64,000 bases of DNA from an uncultured virus (IMG/VR IMGVR_UViG_3300042893_000829) (taxonomy: Duplodnaviria > Heunggongvirae > Uroviricota > Caudoviricetes): IMG/VR virus record IMGVR_UViG_3300042893_000829. One strand, given 5' to 3'. The position numbers were made by a program, and so were the translations under genes. Below the pieces are notes generated by a model. It made no database searches. It saw only the letters and a program-made list of their open reading frames with translations, and was not told the DNA's origin. Positions 58,387 to 64,000 of the stretch are shown one piece after another (positions within the stretch are counted from its first letter, which is position 1; every line of letters begins with the position of its first letter).

Positions 58387-58401
58387 AAATAAAATTTGTT
58401 T

Positions 58402-58617
58402 TTATTCAATTACTTCGTCAATTTTACTTTCTGTAATTGAAGTTATTCTCCAATCCATTGTGTAATTTTCATAAACTTTAGTAACTTTGGCTTCAACATC
58501 TGTAGGTGAATACCCTTTAACTAATTTTTCTTCTCTTGTTTTTTTTACTTTACCTGATTCACTATCTAATAAATCAGATGCGATTTTAGCCACAAAATAC
58601 TTTTCTCCTTGTTCCAT
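58402..58617 (-). CDS. DUF4494-like small protein
   Basis: YFVAKI...GKVKKTREEKLVKGYSPTDVEAKV...ITSITESKIDEV resembles, from memory, the N-terminal half of the Bacteroidota DUF4494 family. Confidence 0.5.
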   Translation of the reverse strand: MEQGEKYFVAKIASDLLDSESGKVKKTREEKLVKGYSPTDVEAKVTKVYENYTMDWRITSITESKIDEVIE

Positions 58618-58655
58618 AATTATAATTTTTTTTTATAAAAATAAGACTAATAATA

Positions 58656-59393
58656 TTATTTGTCAAGAAATGAAGATAACTTATCCATTAAACTTTTTGT
58701 TTTATCAATAGATGTGGATTCCATTCCAGTCGCTCTTTCTATATTCATTTTTGTCTCCTCCTCAAGATTCTCATCATACTTACCTCTATCGTTCTTATCT
58801 AAGAATAAATAAGCTCCAGGAGTAGATGGTGATGATACCAAGTCAAAACAAATTAATTCAAAATCATCTTGTACCTCATTTCTTTCCCCAACTTTTTTAA
58901 GTGATCCAACACCACGAGAAGAAATACCTAATGTAACCCCTTGACGTAAGTAGTTTGCCGCAATATCTCCCTTAGTTGAACATATCCCTCTTTCATGAAA
59001 TCCAGGACTTGTAAGTAACCTTAATTTACCTAATAAAACAGGACCTTCCCACCAAACTTCAGTTATCATATGTGATACTCTATCTAAATCTATTAAAGAA
59101 GATTCCGGGTGATTTAATTCAGAAAGAGAAGTTCCCTTCTCAATCATTTTTTTATAATTCTCAGATTCTCTCTTTAATATTTTTTCTGGATAAACCCTAC
59201 CATTTCTATTTGGCGTATCATATTTTTGTAGGACCGCATAGAATTCAAATGGTTTAGAATAATCCATAAAATTTTTGGACTCTTTTAATAAATCGTAATT
59301 TCTACCTTCTCTTGGATTAATGTATCCCGCATCATACTCAATAAGAATACCCTTACCCGTATCTCTAGGGCCTAAAATTTTATAACCGTTCAT
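58656..59393 (-). CDS. Prohead maturation protease (T4 gp21-like)
   Basis: NRNGRVYP, ELNHP, LGISSRGVGS and FDLVSSPS. Confidence 0.93.
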   Translation of the reverse strand: MNGYKILGPRDTGKGILIEYDAGYINPREGRNYDLLKESKNFMDYSKPFEFYAVLQKYDTPNRNGRVYPEKILKRESENYKKMIEKGTSLSELNHPESSLIDLDRVSHMITEVWWEGPVLLGKLRLLTSPGFHERGICSTKGDIAANYLRQGVTLGISSRGVGSLKKVGERNEVQDDFELICFDLVSSPSTPGAYLFLDKNDRGKYDENLEEETKMNIERATGMESTSIDKTKSLMDKLSSFLDK

Positions 59394-59414
59394 AATTAGT
59401 TTTAATAATAAATA

Positions 59415-59882
59415 TTAAACTTTTTCTAATATTACCTTTACAGGTTTATAATTTCCATTTTTTGTGAGAAAGAACTTAAAATAGTCATTTCCGGTTAGGA
59501 CATCGTTATAAATTTCTTTAGTTAAATTTTTTAAGGATTTTTTTAATTTTGGTGATTTAAAATCTATTTCTTGGTTTAAAAATAAATTTATTTCTAAATT
59601 CATAAATGATTTTTTCTTTAGTTGTAGTCCGCTGGTTCTTAAGTCCATATCTACAATAAATTTGTCGTCAAATAATGTTTTGTCTATATTTTGATAAACC
59701 GAATGTTTTATTGCCCTGTTCATGTTTAATACCACACGGGTCCAATTTTCAGATTCAATTTTTGGTTCCGACCAAGTTTGAATATTTAAATAAAGTGATT
59801 TAAATTCTTTTGAGTCGACGGTCCCGTAATGTACTTTAGATGTTCTGAATCCATTTATTTTTGTGGTTTTTCCTTTTTTCAT
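59415..59882 (-). CDS. Hypothetical protein in head module
   Basis: 155-aa ORF. Confidence 0.65.
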   Translation of the reverse strand: MKKGKTTKINGFRTSKVHYGTVDSKEFKSLYLNIQTWSEPKIESENWTRVVLNMNRAIKHSVYQNIDKTLFDDKFIVDMDLRTSGLQLKKKSFMNLEINLFLNQEIDFKSPKLKKSLKNLTKEIYNDVLTGNDYFKFFLTKNGNYKPVKVILEKV

Positions 59883-59971
59883 ATTTTTTTTTCATACCAA
59901 TATCGTTTATTTTCAATAAGTTTACGTATTTTTACGATATATATCAATATACAAGAAAATAAAACAAAAAT

Positions 59972-60157
59972 ATGCTAATAGTAAAAGTTAAAAGAGGGGA
60001 TATTGAAAAAGCCCTGAAAGAATTAAAAAGTAAGGTGATAAAAACAAGACAAAATAGTCACCTAAATTATAAAAAAGAATTTACTAAAAAGTCAGTTGAA
60101 AAAAGACAAGAGTTGCAAAAAGCAATTTACAAACAGAAAATCCAAATAAAAGATTAA
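59972..60157 (+). CDS. rpsU: Ribosomal protein bS21 (phage-encoded)
   Basis: 61-aa basic protein MLIVKV..GDIEKALK.LK.K...L....EFTKKSV.KR....KAIYKQ with the bS21 pattern. Confidence 0.85.
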   Translation: MLIVKVKRGDIEKALKELKSKVIKTRQNSHLNYKKEFTKKSVEKRQELQKAIYKQKIQIKD

Positions 60158-60870
60158 AGATTCTTATTCAACTGCAATAGTTTGAAATAACTTAACTTAT
60201 CAAAGGATTCTTTTTGAACTTTAACAATAGTTTCATTTATTCTTCCTAAAACTTCGTTGTTAGATTCCTCAGATTTAAGATCTTCTAATTTTTCAATTAC
60301 CGTTTCTTTTAAAACATCGTACTTAATAACTAACTTATCATTACTTTCATTTAAAATTGATGTTAATTTTTTCTTATCAGATTCCTCTAAGGTTGAGATA
60401 TAATCATTAACTGTCTTATTAGCAACTTTTACCATTTTATCCATTGGGACCTTTGATGTTTCTTCTTCGGTTACTGGTTGTTTTTTTAAGTTTTCTAATA
60501 TAGTTTTTTTACTTTTAATTTTTTCCTCTAAATTTACAACACTTGAGGAGAATAAATTATCAATATCATTATAGTTATTACCTGATTTTACATGACCTAA
60601 CCATAACGATAATTCTTTAAGATTTAACTTATCAATTTTATTAATAATGTTTTCATATATAATCGTACTTTGATTAATATATTCAGAACCTAAAGATTCG
60701 TTTAGTCCTTTATTCTTTGATAATTCATCGTAAAGGTAATAAAGTTTGCTTACGTTTTTATTGTTTAGAACAAGTTCCTTAAAAAGAAACACATCTTTTT
60801 TAAATGTGCCGTTTTCATAAGATTCGGTAAGGCACTTTTCTATTTTTGTTTTTAATATTCCAAATTTCAT
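60154..60870 (-). CDS. Hypothetical protein in head module
   Basis: 238-aa helical ORF between the portal and protease genes. Confidence 0.65.
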   Translation of the reverse strand: MKFGILKTKIEKCLTESYENGTFKKDVFLFKELVLNNKNVSKLYYLYDELSKNKGLNESLGSEYINQSTIIYENIINKIDKLNLKELSLWLGHVKSGNNYNDIDNLFSSSVVNLEEKIKSKKTILENLKKQPVTEEETSKVPMDKMVKVANKTVNDYISTLEESDKKKLTSILNESNDKLVIKYDVLKETVIEKLEDLKSEESNNEVLGRINETIVKVQKESFDKLSYFKLLQLNKNL

Positions 60871-60893
60871 AATCAGTTTTTATTATAAATATA

Positions 60894-62693
60894 TCAATCC
60901 TTTAATATTTTAAGTAATTCTTTTTCCATATCACCTAACGATGAGTTTGTGATATACATATCGTTATCAGTTTCTAATAGTAAATTTTCTAACTTGTTTC
61001 TTGATTCTGGTAAACCTTCAGGTCCTCCTGGTGGTGGTCCTCCCATTTCTGGTGGTCCTCCTGCTGGTGGGGATGGTGGTCCTCCCATTTCTGGACCTTC
61101 TCCTCCTTCTGGAGGCGCTCCCCCTGATTGGGTTGTTCCGGTAACGGTTTTATATAATCTATCAATCGTATCAAACATTCCTGTATGGGTTATGATTGTT
61201 GCGGTATTTGCAAGTTCAGCGGCAACCGCTCTTTCCATTCTTTGTCTCTGGGTATCCAACTTAATGTCTTCATCTGAGAATCCAAATATATGTTTCTTAG
61301 CCCAAGTAGCTGAGGTCGGCGCCAATGAGTTTGGTATTTCACTTACCAAATCTTTATAAAGTAAAACTTTTTCTTTCCACACATCAACCATTAATAGGTC
61401 AGCTTGTTTAGATGGATTGTTTAACCCTAATGTAAAGTTTTGTAATTCATCCTCAAATCCTAATAAAAATAAATGGACAATCGCAATCTTATTTAATTCG
61501 GATAAAATATTTTTTTGTATTCTATTAATTGTTCTAGCAAAACGTATATCAAGTAATGATAAATTTTTACCATCACCAACCGGTTCTTCAAATCCAAGAT
61601 ATGCTTTTGGTATTCTTAATGCACAAACAAGTTTCTTTTGAATATACTCAATATCGGCAATCTCAGAAAGATTTGTACCACCTGGTAAAGTTTCAATTGG
61701 CATTGTTTGTGTTGCATCTCTAACTGGAATAAAGTAATCCTGGTCAACCGCCATTTGATTAAAACGTAAATCGACGTTACCCGTTTTATTGTCAACAATT
61801 TGGTCACGTTTAAATTTGTTTGCAACACGTTGTACATATGCTTCAACATCTTTATCGTCCATATTACCAACGAATACTTTAAAAACCCTTCTTTCGGGGG
61901 CTCTTGATGTACGATAAATTAACATAGCATCTTCAGACAAAACCAATTGTTTCCAGATACGACGAGCTTTTTCTAACATTGAGGTTCCGTAAGGTAACTT
62001 TCTATCATCTCCAAGTAATCTAAAGTGGGCAACTTCAAATGTATTGAATTCCATTTGTTTTTCTTTCCACTTAAATCTTAAACCTTTTTCGTCCGGTTTA
62101 ACTTCTGAATTGGGAGTTCTAGGTGACATTCCCTTTTCAAGCCTTTCAACCTCAATATTTGGTAATTGAACACAACCAATTATTCCTTTTTCGGAATCTA
62201 ATTTAAGATAAACAAAATTATCACCATATTTACAAGTGTTTCTAATCCACATCTGTAGGTTAGTGTTAATATCTAAAGTGTTGTTAAATAAATCGGCTAA
62301 TATTCCTTTTATTCTTTTTGATTCGGAGTAAATTTGTAAAATATGACCATCTTCATTTGGTGTTGTTGATTCTTCCGCATATATATCTAAAGCAGTAGAA
62401 ATCTCTGGAGTAAATTCCATAGATTCATAATCATAAAATGCTGCAATTCTTGTTGGTTCATAATAAATGGCTTGTGTATAAAGATTACTCTCTATTTTAG
62501 TCCATTGATTGGCCATATATAATGACTGTTGAGCTTGTAATTTTTCTTTTTCAAACTCGTTTCTATCTCTAGTTTTTAATAGTTCTTTTTTGTCAAATTT
62601 GTACGTCGGAACATCTTGACCCAATAATGAATTTGGTCCGAATGCCTTTGATAATCTTTGCCAAACTGTTAGTTGATTAAAGTTTTGTTCCAT
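60894..62693 (-). CDS. Portal protein (T4 gp20-like)
   Basis: YESMEFTPEISTALDI, EDAMLIYRTSRAPERRVFKVFVGNM, IETLPGG, DIEYIQKKL..ALRIP and DIRFARTINRIQ. Confidence 0.95.
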   Translation of the reverse strand: MEQNFNQLTVWQRLSKAFGPNSLLGQDVPTYKFDKKELLKTRDRNEFEKEKLQAQQSLYMANQWTKIESNLYTQAIYYEPTRIAAFYDYESMEFTPEISTALDIYAEESTTPNEDGHILQIYSESKRIKGILADLFNNTLDINTNLQMWIRNTCKYGDNFVYLKLDSEKGIIGCVQLPNIEVERLEKGMSPRTPNSEVKPDEKGLRFKWKEKQMEFNTFEVAHFRLLGDDRKLPYGTSMLEKARRIWKQLVLSEDAMLIYRTSRAPERRVFKVFVGNMDDKDVEAYVQRVANKFKRDQIVDNKTGNVDLRFNQMAVDQDYFIPVRDATQTMPIETLPGGTNLSEIADIEYIQKKLVCALRIPKAYLGFEEPVGDGKNLSLLDIRFARTINRIQKNILSELNKIAIVHLFLLGFEDELQNFTLGLNNPSKQADLLMVDVWKEKVLLYKDLVSEIPNSLAPTSATWAKKHIFGFSDEDIKLDTQRQRMERAVAAELANTATIITHTGMFDTIDRLYKTVTGTTQSGGAPPEGGEGPEMGGPPSPPAGGPPEMGGPPPGGPEGLPESRNKLENLLLETDNDMYITNSSLGDMEKELLKILKD

Positions 62694-62790
62694 ATTGAAA
62701 ATTTAGTTTATAATTCTTAAATATAAATATTTACTATTCTTACATTTTAAAGTTAATCAACAAACATTAAGTAAAAATTAGAATCTGCAC

Positions 62791-62988
62791 TCATATATTC
62801 GTATTTGTTGGTGTTGGTGTTGGGGGTATTTGTTTTAGGTCTACTGGATGCCCTTCATAAGTTTCCGGTTTTTTCTTATACCCAAAAGAGTTCTCAAATT
62901 TTTTATACCCTAAAATGGGTTGTCCGGGAACCACTAAAGTGGATCCATTAATTTGTTTTCCCGATGTTCTTCTAAGTTCTAACCCCAT
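62791..62988 (-). CDS. Small hypothetical protein with PT-rich C-terminus
   Basis: 65 aa ending IPPTPTPTNTNI, preceded by ATATTTATA at 62992-63000. Confidence 0.55.
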   Translation of the reverse strand: MGLELRRTSGKQINGSTLVVPGQPILGYKKFENSFGYKKKPETYEGHPVDLKQIPPTPTPTNTNI

Positions 62989-62999
62989 TTTTATAAATA

Positions 63000-64000
63000 T
63001 TATCTACCACCAAATAACCAACCATGTTTAATATAATCTTCTTTTGAGGGTCCTGAATTCATGTTGTATCTGTGTGAGGCCGCATTCAAATTTGGAAGTA
63101 CCGGATTAAAGTAAATATCTTTACCCACACTATCGTTATTACTTATAGTCCACGATTCAAGCATAACCTTTGTTTGTTCCGTTACCTTTTCAAGTTTTGC
63201 GAAGGATGTTTCACCAACATATATTGCCATTGATATTCCCATTATAAGGTCGTCGTGTTGCCCCCTTTGGTGGTCTGGTCTACCATTAAGATATATAAAA
63301 GTATTCATTTCATTATATAAACGAATGCTTTTAATTTTAAATTTGTGTCTTACATATTCCTCAAAAGAGGCGATAATTTGAACTCTTTTATTATTAAAAC
63401 TTATACCAGGTATTTTTTCCTGCGCCTTTGCGTTATAACTCCATATATTTGTTGTGTCAAAACCATCAACATATAAATTCTTATAACCAAGTTCTTGCAT
63501 TTTTCTAATCGTAGTGACACCCATACCTCCAGTAATATCCACCACTACAAACGCACTATACATTAACCCCCATTTATATGCAATTTCCGCCAAAGCGTCA
63601 GGTGGTATTTTACCCACATATTCTAGAACCTGTTCTCTAGTGTCAAAATCAATTATCTGTATTGATGAAAAATCCTCACTATCCCCACGAGAAACGTCAA
63701 CCCCCATTATATACTTATGACCCTCTTTAGGTTCTTCCCACATCCATAAAGAATTACCCATTAACTTTGTTTTAGGTTCTTCTATAGAATTATTTTTAAT
63801 ATATTCTAATTGTTTGTTGTCAAATACGTTATCTCCGGAACCTAAAAATTCACAATTTAACTCCTGATTAATTTTTCTTTTATCATATTTAAGTTTTTTA
63901 ACCATTTTTTCATACCAAGAAGAACAGGGTTTATAACCCTTTTTAAAATATGATGTTAGTTCGTCATAATCTCTATGATACGGATCAATATGTTCAAACG
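63000..64000 (-). CDS. Terminase large subunit, C-terminal nuclease domain (5' part outside window)
   Basis: QELNCEFLGSG, YIMGVDVSRG.SEDFS and HDDLIM. The frame stays open to 64000. Confidence 0.92.
   Translation of the reverse strand, partial: FEHIDPYHRDYDELTSYFKKGYKPCSSWYEKMVKKLKYDKRKINQELNCEFLGSGDNVFDNKQLEYIKNNSIEEPKTKLMGNSLWMWEEPKEGHKYIMGVDVSRGDSEDFSSIQIIDFDTREQVLEYVGKIPPDALAEIAYKWGLMYSAFVVVDITGGMGVTTIRKMQELGYKNLYVDGFDTTNIWSYNAKAQEKIPGISFNNKRVQIIASFEEYVRHKFKIKSIRLYNEMNTFIYLNGRPDHQRGQHDDLIMGISMAIYVGETSFAKLEKVTEQTKVMLESWTISNNDSVGKDIYFNPVLPNLNAASHRYNMNSGPSKEDYIKHGWLFGGR

Noticed and set aside
821..63720. Other short ORF-track entries overlapping assigned genes (e.g. 821-1021, 20598-20927, 43824-44285, 57828-58307, 60949-61359)
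   Set aside because: They are antisense or out-of-frame to well-supported genes and have no recognisable motifs.
1..64000. Stop-codon reassignment as in some large Bacteroidota phages
   Set aside because: Core genes are full length in the standard code, and TAG, TGA and TAA all end genes at sensible positions.
54610..64000. Introns, inteins or homing endonucleases in head genes
   Set aside because: The visible frames are continuous, and I saw no intein, HNH, GIY-YIG or LAGLIDADG motifs.
1..64000. tRNA, rRNA or structured ncRNA genes
   Set aside because: Intergenic gaps are short and AT-rich, and I saw no cloverleaf signatures. A covariance-model scan would be needed to exclude them fully.

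Overview
The window is part of an AT-rich, large T4-like (probably jumbo) dsDNA phage genome read in the standard genetic code. The right end carries the head module: large terminase (partial), portal, prohead protease, scaffold and a gp23-type major capsid protein. A ribosomal protein bS21 gene sits inside this module on the opposite strand. Several signals point to a Bacteroidota host: two perfect TTTG-N19-TAnnTTTG promoters, no Shine-Dalgarno sequences at the starts I inspected, a Bacteroidota-type bS21, a DUF4494-like gene and a Q-rule signal peptide. The most striking region is about 0.4-28 kb. A 2809-aa protein there is built from roughly 650 proline-free Gly-Thr-(Asn/Ser/Asp) triplets. 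It lies among adhesin/tail-fibre-like and Pro-Thr mucin-like genes, two Aah/TibC-type protein O-heptosyltransferases (one inside a five-domain fusion enzyme), and GT9 and GT8 enzymes. A compact sulfotransferase / APS kinase / HxGH nucleotidyltransferase / DUF2061 cassette completes the region. Together these suggest a phage-encoded system for making a glycosylated and sulfated, proteoglycan-like virion fibre (inference). A second glycosyltransferase/methyltransferase/epimerase cluster spans about 31-45 kb. It ends in a gp55-like sigma factor, and a recurrent RTATTTAT motif upstream of structural genes is a candidate late promoter for it. All calls are from motif recognition by eye; no searches were run.
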